In this document: positions 47,171 through 59,714 of the stretch, in pieces
Layout of the letters: each line of letters begins with the position of its first letter
Position numbering within the stretch: the first letter of the stretch is position 1
DNA from: Adineta vaga
Taxonomy: Eukaryota; Animalia; Rotifera
Direction of reading: 5' to 3'
Length of the DNA stretch: 64,000 nucleotides
NCBI GenBank assembly: GCA_021613535.1
Contig: CP075497.1
Location: forward strand, 12,586,001 to 12,650,000
Notes under the pieces: model-generated
The model's database searches: none
Told to the model about the DNA's origin: nothing
What the model saw: the letters and a program-made list of their open reading frames with translations, nothing else
Made by a program: the position numbers and the translations under genes

Positions 47171-48295
47171 ATGATGATAATTTTTTATCTTCTTGGTTTA
47201 ACGTTTGTTGAAATGAATACACCCTACTTATGACCGATTCACCTCTCTTTATATAGGAATCAAAAGAAACAAAGAGAGAGAGAGAAAGAGTATTCTAGAA
47301 CAATGATTTTCCTTTCGTTTCTCTTTTTATCCAATCTTAATCGACATTATACAACGGTCAACGAACATTTTTCCTTTCGAATTTTCATCATTGAACTTAC
47401 TTAATTCGTTCACGAATGATTTTTTGACGATGGGGTCATGCCCTCTCTTTCTTTCTCTCTCTCTTCACACCGGATAGAATGAACAAAAATATTGTTAATT
47501 TCATCTCTAAGAAAAATATACAAGGACAGTAGACACATAGAAGCAATTAATAAAAACAAAACAAAATATTCCATTTAAAACGATTTTATGTTTAAATAAC
47601 GATTTTTTTTGAGAAATTAAAGAAGCATCTGTTCGATGAATAGATTAGATTATAATGTTATCTATTCATTATAGAATATCTTTATCAAGAAAAACGGATA
47701 TCATTCAGATTCATTATAAAGAAAGGATTCCTAGAAAAGAAATTTCACTGAATATCTAGTCTAATTAAAAATTGAATTTTAATTGATCGCATTAGTGAAG
47801 TGCATCTATATTCGATACAGTATCGAATTTATCTATAAATTAAACTACAAAAAAATTGAACTGTATAAAGATGATTATTGATTATAATCACATTTCTTTG
47901 TTTCAGTCGTGTCAAATTCGAAAGTTGAATTCAAGTTTTCATTCTAGTATTCAAAGTAGCCTCACTCATGTGTTCCCCCTAAGCATTCTTCACACACCCT
48001 CACATCCTTTTTGCTGTCAATTTTATTTATTTATTTTTATTATTCATGTAAGACGAACGAATCGAATATTAAGGGTATCTAATAGTACATAAACAATCAT
48101 ATGTGACTGTTCTATTTTGAAAACAAATGTAAAATAACAATAAAAAGAAGAACAAAAAATAAGAATTGTACGTATTCCAAATCCAAAAGTTCAACCATCA
48201 TCATCTCAAAAGTTAGTTACATTTTGATTATCTAGATAAAAAAGAAATACAAATATCACTAATTTCTAAATAATAAACGTTTTCTTACTTGAGTT

Positions 48296-48870
48296 TCAAT
48301 GATAATATATTTCTTTATCTTTATTGCTAATTGATAAAGTAATTTTATTTTCTCCTGTTCGTGTACCATCAATCAAGTCGTCGATAAAACCATCGAAACC
48401 TTCAAGAATGATATTTCGTTTTGTTTTTTCTATCAATAGTTCGATAGATTGTGTTTTTGATATATTAATTTCACGAGAGAATTTATTAATTACATAATTA
48501 ATTAATTGTGTTGGTTTATCTTCAGTTTGCTCTAGAGACAAAATCGTTTGTAATCTTCTTTTTCCATAATTTTGTCGCATATTAAAAGAAGTTTTATATT
48601 GTGGATTGTGTATTTGAATTTCATTATCAATTTGTTCAATTAATGCATGTAGCAAATGAGCATATGTTTCAATTTAATAGTTTGTGACTTGAGTTTTTTC
48701 TAGAACAGTTTACTGGAAAATGTATAAATAGCAATAAAAGCTCGACTTACGTAAGCTTAGAAAACTCATTTTTCAATTCCGTCAATTCACTTTATAAATT
48801 CTTGTTATGAATTTTCAAACCATCAATATCTTTATCTGCATCTTGTTTCATTGCAGCTATATCATTCTAG
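48296..48870 (-). pseudogene. Unidentified multi-exon gene fragment
   Basis: 119-aa open segment plus an upstream exon (NDIAAMKQDADKDIDGLKIHNKNL*) bounded by splice sites; in-frame stop, no family motif. Confidence 0.35.
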
Positions 48871-48932
48871 AGGTAAAACAAATCAAATGAATGAAAATGG
48901 TAAGTATAATATTTACGATTAATTTATGTATA

Positions 48933-48985
48933 CCCAGGTCCTGTAGGTTCACGAGGGATCCAGACACCGGAACGTTCGACATGGG
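48933..48985. mobile_element. Minimal 53-bp TA-flanked CCCAGG-type MITE
   Basis: TA|CCCAGGTC...GACATGGG|TA. Confidence 0.65.
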
Positions 48986-50489
48986 TATCGGTAAAGATAC
49001 AAACGTTTTATTTTCATATTGTTAATATTGATGATAATTAAAAACACGGAATAAGTCTTTATTCCATCTAATACCGTACCATTTTCAATTTCTACGTCTG
49101 CTAATCAGATGATTATAATAACTGGTTGAAAAGAAATTAAACTAAACCAACCGAAAAAGCGGATTGATTGTGTATAGTGTTAAATCAAAATATAATCTAT
49201 ATTTATCAGGTAAAATGGCGCTCTTATATAGTGCATATACTATGTGTATAGAATTCATAGTCGATATTCATGCAGTATTAAAGTATGATTACATGTTTTT
49301 TAATGGAAAGGGAATTATTCAAATGAAAAAATACTACACAATATCCAGTATATAGAAGCTGTTTGAACGATAGAAACATTAAACATGACGTTCTATATAT
49401 ATTGGTATAATATTTTCTCAGAACAGCTTAATCTACTTCTTTGTTTTCTGTCAATGGTAATGAAGAATTAATGATATTTTATGATATCGTGAAAATGTTC
49501 ATTTTCATTATTTTAAAAAAGATCATGTTACACTCTTTTTTATCCATTACTTCGACATAAGTAATTCCTAATTAAGAAAAATATTTTTTTGATTCTTGAC
49601 TTGTAGAGAAAGAATTCATTAAGTTGCAAAAATGGCAGTTAAATTTGAACGTACATAATTTGTTGACGGATGATTTTTTTCGTAGATGAGGTCATGCCCT
49701 TTCTTTCTTTCATTCTTCTTCAAATCGAATAGAAGAATAAAGGGAATATTTTCTCAGATATCTTTATCATAACAGATATAATATCTATCGGGAAAAAAGG
49801 TTTCATTATAAGAATGTGATTCTTCATATGATCAAAATTTAGAGGATGACAATAACAAATCCATTAGTTCTCTTGATTTTATTGAAAATATTGAAAAAGT
49901 TGTTTTCTTCAAATTCAAAATTGATAGATTATTTCGATTTTTTTTCTTGATAAATATCTGGAAAAAAACATACGATGACTGATGATTAGATCTCTCATTT
50001 TGATATATATATATATATGAAGGATTCAGACAAGAGGAAGGTATGTCTGTTTGTGGAGATGGAGATAGGTGATCTTCAGCGATACATGGGTCATCTATAG
50101 AAGATGCATCTCCGATCTGCGGGATGTGTGATACCACTCTTTATTATGATTTTATGTATCATCTTAATATTGAATAATATTTCAGTTATGATGAATAAAC
50201 TATTTCTATCATATCAAATCTAATTGACAAAGTGGAAAAGATTTTTTTTTCAATTGATAATATCTGTTAAATAAATTGATAAATCAGCAGTTGTATATAG
50301 TGTTTTTTAAATTAAAATATTCCTAATAAATAAATAAATGTTTGTTGTTACTCTTTTGTTCTTATTTGATTAAGTAGATATGAATATATTTCATGTGATT
50401 CTTATCTATTCAGAGATATATTTATCATTTCTTTTTTGGTCTCGAATATTTCATTATGATTAGTTCGTATAAACATAAAACATAAGAAA

Positions 50490-51392
50490 ATGATGACGAG
50501 TATTGGTCCATTATTTGATCTTGATCAATTAAATGAAGAACAACAAAAAAAATTTGAAATTGTTTATAATGAATTAAAAGCAAAATTTCAATCTTATTTA
50601 GAATATAAACTTAATTTACCGTTGAAAACACCATTGAATAGTGAAGAAGAAGAAAATGAATGGAATTATGAATTACATAGATTTCTCCGAGCTAGAAAAT
50701 GGAATATAGAACATACAATTAAATCTCTTCATGAGATGGTACAATGGCGAATAGATAATCAAGTTGATTCGATTTTAGAAGATGAAATGGCAATACAACG
50801 AACAGAACTTTTACGAAAAATTCTTCCAAATATCAATCATGGTTATACAAAAACTGATCGACCATTGTATTTAGAAAAATCTGGTATTATATATGTTGAT
50901 AAAATATTAAGTGATTTTACAACAGAAGAATTACTTCGATGTCATACATATTGGCTTGAATTAAATTGTCAACGAGCAAAAGAACGTAGTCGACAAATAG
51001 GTAAACATATAGAAAGTTTTACAATTGTTTCAGATATACAAGGTTGTAATATGGAGATTAGAAAAATCTTTGCTCCATTTAAGCAATCACTTTATATTGA
51101 TAATAACTATTATCCTGAACGACTTGCACAAATGATTTTTATCAATCCACCAACTATTTTTCCTGTTCTGTGGGGTATTGTCAAACCTTGGCTTGATCCA
51201 GTAACTAAATCTAAAATTATTGTTATAAAAAAAGGTCCTGAAACTACAAATACATTATTACAATATATTGATTCTGATCAATTACCAGGTGAATATGGTG
51301 GAAGTTGTCAATCATGTTCAACTGCTCCGAATTGTATTCCAGTATATGACTGGAGTAAAGAGAATATCAATGAGAAATCAAAGAAAAAATAA
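50490..51392 (+). CDS. Sec14/CRAL-TRIO lipid-binding protein, intronless
   Basis: LHRFLRARKWN, HGYTKTDRP, NYYPERL, INPPTIF, KPWLDPVTKSKI, IDSDQLPGEYGG. Confidence 0.93.
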   Translation: MMTSIGPLFDLDQLNEEQQKKFEIVYNELKAKFQSYLEYKLNLPLKTPLNSEEEENEWNYELHRFLRARKWNIEHTIKSLHEMVQWRIDNQVDSILEDEMAIQRTELLRKILPNINHGYTKTDRPLYLEKSGIIYVDKILSDFTTEELLRCHTYWLELNCQRAKERSRQIGKHIESFTIVSDIQGCNMEIRKIFAPFKQSLYIDNNYYPERLAQMIFINPPTIFPVLWGIVKPWLDPVTKSKIIVIKKGPETTNTLLQYIDSDQLPGEYGGSCQSCSTAPNCIPVYDWSKENINEKSKKK

Positions 51393-51438
51393 CATCGTTT
51401 TTTTTGTTGAAAATCGAACATGAATTAAGATGAAAGAG

Positions 51439-52015
51439 TCATTTTTTATTTTTCCAATTTAATGTCAAACCAACACGACCAGTATCACTACGAAGAGCAG
51501 CATAAAGCGAATTATCAAAATGATCCACATCATCATTACTATCACTCGAATAGTCATAACTTGTTCGTTGTTTTTCTGGTCCTAAAAAGAAATATAATAA
51601 ATCAGATTCATTGAATTTCATATGAAAAAAGATTTTTATTTACGCCGATGTTGTTTGTTGCCAGAATCTTCCATATAATGAACAGTGAAAGAAATTCCAG
51701 GTGAAAGTAATTCTTCTTCTTCATCTGAATATATTCAGAAAACGATTTGAGATCGGCAGTAAAAGCATGTGCTACTGTCATAATAAATAAAACATTTCCA
51801 AACTGTTCAGCTTTATTTCGATTTCTACTACACGACGTAAATGTTCTTCATGTTGTTGTTCGATGATTTGATGGATTATCCCATAAAAGTAAACAAAATG
51901 GACCTAATGTTGGTATTTTACAACGCCAATTTTGTTTATATTCTTCATTTCAAATAAATCTCATTGATTCATTTAATTTTTTATATAAAAAACTTTCTAA
52001 TGAATAAAGATAAAC
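51439..52015 (-). pseudogene. Arginine-type ADP-ribosyltransferase (R-S-E class) relic
   Basis: YSLESFLYKKLNESMR, TLGPFCLLLW, FTSCSRNRNKAEQFGNVLFI, YSDEEEELLSPG; frameshifts, YRG region deleted, 5' end cut at a hairpin element. Confidence 0.8.
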
Positions 52016-52020
52016 CAAGC

Positions 52021-52105
52021 GGGGAAAAAGCGAGACTTCCGTACTTCGAAGTATCATATAAGTATGACGAAGAATCGTGGAAGTATTGAAGTCTCGCTTT
52101 TCCCC
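52021..52105. mobile_element. Short hairpin MITE
   Basis: GGGGAAAAAGCGAGACTTC...GAAGTCTCGCTTTTCCCC. Confidence 0.8.
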
Positions 52106-52881
52106 TAGATTTCAAGTCATTGTTTCGATTATGATCTCGATTTTTGCAAAGAAATAATTGAGATGTGTTTTTAGAATATGATAATGGATTTGATATTTTC
52201 TTCAGTCTTATTGTTTCTCATTCATTTATTAGGAGAAAACAGTTCTAACTAATCTAAACATATTCATTGAAATGACATCATCGATCAAATCATCCGATTT
52301 ATTATTATTATTTGTAGTTCCATCTTCAGCAATAACTTTGTCGCGATTATTTACTACCATTTCATCAACAACCATTGACACAAAAACCAGACATGGGATA
52401 GATTAGTATCTCCTTTGTTTCTTGTGTTCATGCTAATGATATAATGTTTACGTTGCTTTTTCTGCTTCTAACAACAATTTTGGAGTTAAGATCACAATCG
52501 ACTCATGTATTATCTCATCATTATTTTCTTGTTGTGATGAATGTTGTTTATATAAATAATGAAACGAAGAAAATTTGATATCTTATGATTTATTTCATTA
52601 ACTTTTTTTTATCAATAGATACTATTTTGATTAAAGAGATGAGACAATCAATTCTTGTTCGTTGAAGAACAAATAACATATGTAATCAAATTGGAACTAT
52701 GCAGATTAGTGGCCTCTATTGAGCAATCGTTTCTCTTTATATAACATTGAATTATTTGACCAATGTATTCTGTTCACTTCTTTTTTCTTATCTGTTTATT
52801 TATTTATTTATTTGTATTTCCTCATTGAAAAAGGAAGTTTTATTTACTCTTTTTCGAAGATTTATTTAACAAAACTGCAGT

Positions 52882-53835
52882 ATGCCCATTAAACTTGAAC
52901 GTAAACATGCATTTCCTTTAACATTAGCTCCGATATTGATTGCTCTTGGTTTTGTTTTATTTAAATTATATACCGCAAGTAAAGTTACAAATCCTGAAAC
53001 TGGTCGAGTTGCTCGTGTTGCTCTTAGTCCTGAACAAGAACAACGATTAGGTATAGAAGCTTACGCACAAGTACAACGAGATGAAGCAGGAAAAATTGTT
53101 CAAAGTGGACCAGATGTTGAATTAGTTAAACGTGTAACAAATAGACTTGCTAGAGCAGCTGCGGAAAAAGCAGTAGTCAAATACAATTGGGAAGTAAGAT
53201 TCAATTATTTTTATTTTCTTGAAATTTCTTTTCAAAATAGGTCAGTGTGATTCAATCGAATGAAAGAAATGCATTTTGTTTACCTGGTGGAAAAATCGTT
53301 GTTTATACGGGCATTATTCCAATAGCGAAAAATGAAGCAGGATTAGCAACTGTACTTGGTCATGAAATGGCACATGCTACTTCAAGACATAGTGCTGAAA
53401 GACTTTTTCGATCTCAAATTGTTCAAACGATATTGGGTGGAGTACAAGGAGGTCTTATGGATATGGATCCAGCTCAAAGACAAGTAATTTCTTTTTTTTA
53501 TTTTATAGAATTTTATTTGAAAGATAATCTTTTTCTAGGCAGTCATGGGAGCATTAGGTGCTGGTGCAAAATATGGTGCAACATTACCATTTTCACGTAG
53601 TCAAGAATCTGAAGCGGATCATATTGGTTTATTATATATGGCACGTGCTGGTTATGATCCAAGAGAATCAATTGCTTTTTGGAAACGAATGGACGAACAA
53701 CTTAGTAAAGGTGCTCCATCAGAATTTCTTTCTGATCATCCATCACATAATACACGTATCGGTCATCTTCAAACATGGATGCCTCAAGCTCAACAAGAAT
53801 ATAATCAACATCATAATCGAGCACCAGCTGCCTAA
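52882..53835 (+). CDS. Peptidase M48 zinc metalloprotease, bacterial-type; exons 52882-53193, 53241-53483, 53539-53835
   Basis: [33 protein letters not shown] (HExxH), LPFSRSQESEADHIG, AGYDP, EFLSDHPS. Confidence 0.93.
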
Positions 53836-54301
53836 ATATTTTTAGTTACAATTTTATCTATTCAATGATGTTTTTTGCTTGTTTTTAAACACTCTGTATG
53901 GTTTTTTTGTACACGAACTTTTGAAGAAAGATTTAGATTAGAATATTGTCATAAGTACTTTAGATATTTCTGTGTTTGTTGTATGTTACATTTATTCTTT
54001 TGTGAACTTTTCTAATAAAGCGCTTATCAATAAAATATAAAATAGAAATAATAAATATTACAAATATTTTCTTGAACAATGATCTCATCTTCGGATTTTT
54101 ATAATGAACTTATAATTCATATGATCACTGCTGTTCTATTTACTTTTCTATTAATTATTATTTTTATTCTTAATTATTATATGAAACCTCTCAAATATTA
54201 ATGTATCATGGGCTTAATTTTCTTTTATCCATATGCGATTATACCTAACATAAAATGTTTTCCTGAAAAAACATCAATAGTTTTATTTTGGTCACCATTC
54301 A

Positions 54302-55660
54302 TTATAATTCAAAATTATGTTCAAAACCGTCATTTACATTCGAAGTCGAATAAGAATAACTATGCATAGAAATTTTCTTGAAATATTTAAATAATAATTG
54401 TTGATGGATAATAAATTGTAAAGCTAAATACGGTTTTTCTTTTAATTCTTCTTGATTTTCTCTTAAAAATATTCGATTTAATAAATTAAAATCATCGGTT
54501 GTATTTTTCAATGAATAAGTTTTCTTTCTTCGATATTGTTTCGATTTTTGAAAATGTTCTTTTCGTTCTTGTCTTGTCCAATATCGACCTTGTTTGAATT
54601 CACTTAAGATTTCATCATCTGTTGTTTCAAATGAACTTTCAGATTGACGAAACGAAGATATTGAATCGAATTTGAAAGTTTTCCGTACATCATTTAAAGT
54701 ATAACAATGACGAGAGAAAATATGTTTATTTGATTGACGATTTGTTGTTAAACAAGGTAAACTATTTGATCTTTTCCGAAGATGTTTCTATAAAAGAAAA
54801 CAAGAAAGAGAATATACATGAAAATAATTCATTTTTTCAAAAGGTAAAATAATTCCACTATCATTTTCAGTTAACGGTGTTGTTATGGAAAGATTTTTGA
54901 CTTGAAAACGTAGTATTTGAAAAATAAGAAGTGATATTCCTTGAATTAATTCAATTGCTTGTTCACGATTAAATACTTTTTCATTATTAATTTGAATGAT
55001 TTGATCACCGCATTGAAATTCTCCTTGACGATCTGCAATGCTTCCATTTTCAATCTAAATAAAAACAAATTAAAAGAGAATTCATTTAAGGAGAGAAAAA
55101 AAACTTATTTTTTCAATAAAATGATTATTTAATGTTAAATAAGATTGATTAAATGATAAATTTAAACTAAAAGTAATTTTTATATAAAGATTAATTTTAA
55201 TTTAAAGAAAATCAAACAAACTTACGAATTATTTTCATGAAATGTTTTCAATGAATTTGAGTAAATATCAATCAAATGCTATTTAATACCTGTTGTCTTT
55301 CTTTCTTTCTTTCTTAAAAGAAGATACATTATCTTAAAATTGTATTAAATGACATCTGACATAAGTTATTCTTTTCAAAATTCGATGATTCTTTTATCTT
55401 CTTTTTAGCTTATTTGATTATTTCATCAATATTAATTAAGATAATTTCCTTTAAAATTGGGTGTTGATATTATATCATTATATCTTAAGAAGATTCTCTC
55501 ATGAAGAAATTCATGTTGATTGTTTCCTTGACAAATGTTATTGTCGATTAATCACCTAATAGAATATATATCTTTATGTATTGATTTCTTATATCCTTTG
55601 AACTAAATCAACCTAAACTCTGTTTATATTGATATTCTTATCCTTCGTTTATTATTTATT
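54302..55660 (-). pseudogene. Internally deleted copy of the PDZ gene and its upstream region (source about 59860-62090)
   Basis: High identity in the GRYWTRQERKEHF and PDZ exons; first PDZ exon deleted; upstream blocks 55275-55380 = 61653-61740 and 55628-55655 = 62063-62090. Confidence 0.88.
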
Positions 55661-56004
55661 ATCTTTCTTATTGAAAATCATTAATTAAATCAAAATTTTA
55701 TATAACTATTAAATGTATTTCCTTATTTATCAGATATTCCTATAAAACATACAAAGATTGAACAATGATAACGAATCTTTCTTTGTATTTTTCGATATGT
55801 AAACATGACGACCGATTAGAAGCGAAAGAAAATCGAGGTCATATAGAAATATTGGTACTTTCTCCGACGAAATAAAGAACGAAAGGATATGCTGTTCGTG
55901 GAAATACACTTCAAAATATTGAACATCGTAAAATTGCAACAGTATTTGAATCAATGAATAAATCAATGATAGATGATATGAAACATGAATATCATTATCC
56001 AAAT

Positions 56005-56387
56005 AGATATTAATTTGATGCTGAAAGTTTATCAGCTAAATTATCAAAACTTGAAGGAACAGTTAAAACAATTACAAATAATGTTTGGCCTATTTTAAAA
56101 GATAGTAAGTTTAAAAATTAAATTCTTTAAAAAAATTATTTGTTTATATTTTATTTGACGAGCATATCCTCATCATATTGAAAATATTGCAAATGAAACA
56201 ACTCATATTCTCGGTTTCTTTTGATCAACCTGTACCTGGTGATATTGGTTTAACAGGAATATTTTCAGCTTATTCACGTGAAACAATTGCTTCAACTTTA
56301 CAATGTTATTTGAAAGATTTACCTAAATTTTCATTTTATCCAAAAAGTTTACTTATTGTTCAACGACTTAATCCATTTGATCTATGA
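56005..56387 (+). pseudogene. Unidentified gene 3' fragment
   Basis: Coding-like FDAESLSAKLSKLEGTVKTITNNVWPILKD|gtaag and FDQPVPGDIGLTGIFSAYSRETIASTLQCYLKDLP...; no intact 5' part. Confidence 0.4.
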
Positions 56388-57402
56388 AAACAAACATTTT
56401 TTCCTCTTAAAATTTTTATTGAAACTATGATGAAAAACTTTATCAGAGAACATATTCTTCTAATTGAACCCTAGATTAGTGTCTTGTAGATTGTTATTGA
56501 ATAAAAGTTTCTAGATGACTATTCGATTATTATAGTATTTCTTAGCATATTGAATATCATTTTTTTATATTTTATTTATTACATTCTTTTCATGAATAAT
56601 ACACATAAACTTTAAGAACAAAAATTAGGAATATTTTTAATTCTATTCGAATAATTCATGTATTAAAATTCCAACGCCAATAACAATATTGATTAAAGAA
56701 AGTTACTTGAATGGTATTGAGAAAAGAGTTGGATTCGACTTCGGCATAACGCATCAAGAAAAATAATGGTAGTTTCATTATCATCGTTGATTTATAAAAT
56801 ACATGATATGTGTAGAAAAAATCGATTACACCTATAGGGTGTATAGTTACAGTACAACATAAAACTTGTGGAATCAATGAAACTTCAACTAACCAGCGAA
56901 GAAAGTTCACATATGTTACTGTATAACTGCTGTTTGTCAACTATAACCACGTATAGAGAAAAGTGTTTTAGACATAAATAAATATCATTTTAATTTCTTT
57001 TTTCAAGAAAATAATCATTAATGAATATTGATCAAGATCACATATGTCGCGCCAATCATCTTATAATATATGAACTATCGGTGGATAGTAACGATAGAAA
57101 AATAAAATCATTATCGCATTGAACTCCGATAGAATAAAAAGAAGTAATACAGTATCAATTAAACATGTTACCATGAAATGAGTAATAAGCCAAATTTTTA
57201 TATCATAAATACATTGTAGTTGTTGATATTCAGCGACAAACAATAGATGTTTTAATAAAAAAAAAAGTCTCATTGATAGATAATATTTGATTCATTAATC
57301 AACTGTTTGATAGAAAAAATACCTATTTATATGGAGAATGTCTCGTAAAGAAAATTTCATTTATCTCACTGGCTATCGTTGTTGCAAAAGAAATAATCTT
57401 AT

Positions 57403-57764
57403 ATGTAAACATATCTGTCGTCAAAATAACATATTCATTTTTGACTAACCTCATTTTTGTCCATTCTCATTCAACACTCGACTGAAGATAATTAAAATGA
57501 TTGGACAATATACAATCATTCGTTTAATTAAATAGAATAAATAAACATTCACTCTAGTGGCGTAATCAGGATTTGCTGGGTGAGCGGGCGCCGCCCTACC
57601 AGTTTTAAAAATATATATAATGTTTATATTATGTAAACATGTCTGTCGTCTACATAACATATTCATTTTTGTCCATTCTCATTCAACACTCGACTGCAGA
57701 TAATTAAAATGATTGGACAATACAATCATTCGTTTAATTAAATAGAATAAATAAACATTCACTC
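57403..57764. repeat. Two direct copies of about 135-150 bp separated by a GC-rich transposon-end-like spacer
   Basis: 57403-57553 and 57632-57764 are nearly identical; spacer begins TAGTGGCGTAATCAGG. Confidence 0.85.
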
Positions 57765-58279
57765 CATTGCATTATATTCGTTAATGTTTTTTTTCGAGTG
57801 CTCAAAATATTCGATCAACATCTTAATCATTATTTGAAGAAAATACTAAAATATAATTTTAGAGGCAATAATCGCATCAGCTTTTATTTGAAATAAAAAA
57901 GAACACAGACGAACGATTACAAGAAGTCATATCACAAGGAAAATGAGTTGTAGTTTGTTCATGATTAATATAAAAAATTCACGTATATATAGAAAGTTGA
58001 TTGTATGTATTTCATTGTATTGATCCGTACGAAAGCTTAATAGATATTAATTGAATGGTATACCATGGTGAGGATTTGTGTTAACAGGAATTCTACTTCA
58101 TTGTGTTCTGTATTTCTATTATTATGTATAGACAGGCGCACTGAAGACACCGATGATCGTTCAATTAGTGCACATGTATAAGTACACTTGTTTCTCTCTG
58201 TTATTCCCATTTCACATCAATCTTACTTCTACAACACGCAACTAGCTGATCTTCTTATTTTCTGCTCTCTCAATTCACA

Positions 58280-59075
58280 ATGACCAACGCGCAGCCTACT
58301 CGCTCTTTCGTGAACAGCAACAAAAGCAAGCCTCTTCTCGTTATTGACGATTATGTCTTTCAGAAGAGCGGCAAGGCCAAGCTGTCAAACTCAGCACTTG
58401 CCATGGCACCAACGGCTAACCAAGCCAGAAAAGCATCGAATGTTCACCGGCGCATGGAAATGCCAGCTCTTCCCACCTCGGTCGACTTCTACTATCGACA
58501 CATGTTCGGTATTCTTCACCAACACGCCACTCGCCTCAACCTTGCATTTCAGCCGACTCGGATGACGAGCGATTTCGAACCTGCGTTGGCCAAGGTCCTC
58601 AAGACCCAGCTTCCCAATGCTCATCAACATAGCTGTTATTTCCATTACTGTCAGGCCATTCATCGAAGAATCCAAACACTCAGGCTTGCGAACGTTTACA
58701 AAAATGACATCGACGCTCGCTCATTTGCACGAAAGCTCATGGATTTGGCTCTTCTTCCGTTCAATCGGGTCGCACTGGGCTTCGAGTAGATAGCAAACGA
58801 AGTGCCTGATTCTATCGACGTCTTATCGACTACTTTCGAGACCACTGGATGAAGAATGTCAAGCTCAGGCTATGGAACGTGGCCGAATTAAATGTGCGCA
58901 CGAACAATAACATTGAAGGATGGAATAATCGTTTCAACAAACAAATGAACAGGTATTCAAGGTGTTAATGAGCACGCAAAAAATGAACACTCTTGCCAAA
59001 CGTTTCGAGGACGATGAGATCGATCGTGCCAAACATCTGGAGGGACTCTCCTTATTGGTGGCTCCTAAAAAGTGA
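58280..59075 (+). mobile_element. Mutator-like (MULE) transposase relic
   Basis: FLYWCH-like start (KPLLVIDDYVF), SDFEPAL, CYFHYCQAIHRRIQ, ALLP, then after a stop RTNNNIEGWNNRFNK; GC-rich. Confidence 0.9.
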
Positions 59076-59714
59076 ATTAAATCACTTCTCTTCGTATCAG
59101 ATGATTTCTCTTTTTTATTGTACATAGTTCTTTGTTAAATAAACTGTTGAATAACTTTACAGAATTTTTATTGATTTTATCTTTTCCGGATTTCAGGACA
59201 ATACATTTCGCATTTAGGCGAATGCCTCCATGCTATCTAGTTTCTCTCTTTCTCGACGTACGCATTCAAATTTGTGATTCAGTTCAGTGATGATCTCAAG
59301 AACGGTAGATAGGAAAAAGTGATTCAAACGCGAAAATGAAATATTGAGACGGAGCTAAAGTTTCTTTTTTTGCAAACTCAATTATGATATTCAATTCGTG
59401 TACTAGACGTCGATAAAAAACCTTAATTATATTATGTCTTTATACTTCTCTAGACATAAAAATCAAATATTATTTTGACGTTGAACAGTTCATATTCGAT
59501 TTTCGTTTGTATTAATTTGTTTAAAGATAATTTTCTTTTATTCATCTGTCAGGATATTAAAAAATTTGATCTATAGTTCTCTATAAACTAAACTCTAAAT
59601 AGAAATATCGAATATAACAGTTATGAGAATTATTTAGTATTTATCATATTCTCAATGAAAATAACTAGATTTTATTTATAAACAAAGAATAGAAATTCTT
59701 CATCAAGTCTCAAG

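Noticed and set aside
50020-50130. Purine-rich imperfect hairpin as a possible ncRNA
   Set aside because: No recognisable RNA family motif; more likely a small repeat remnant.
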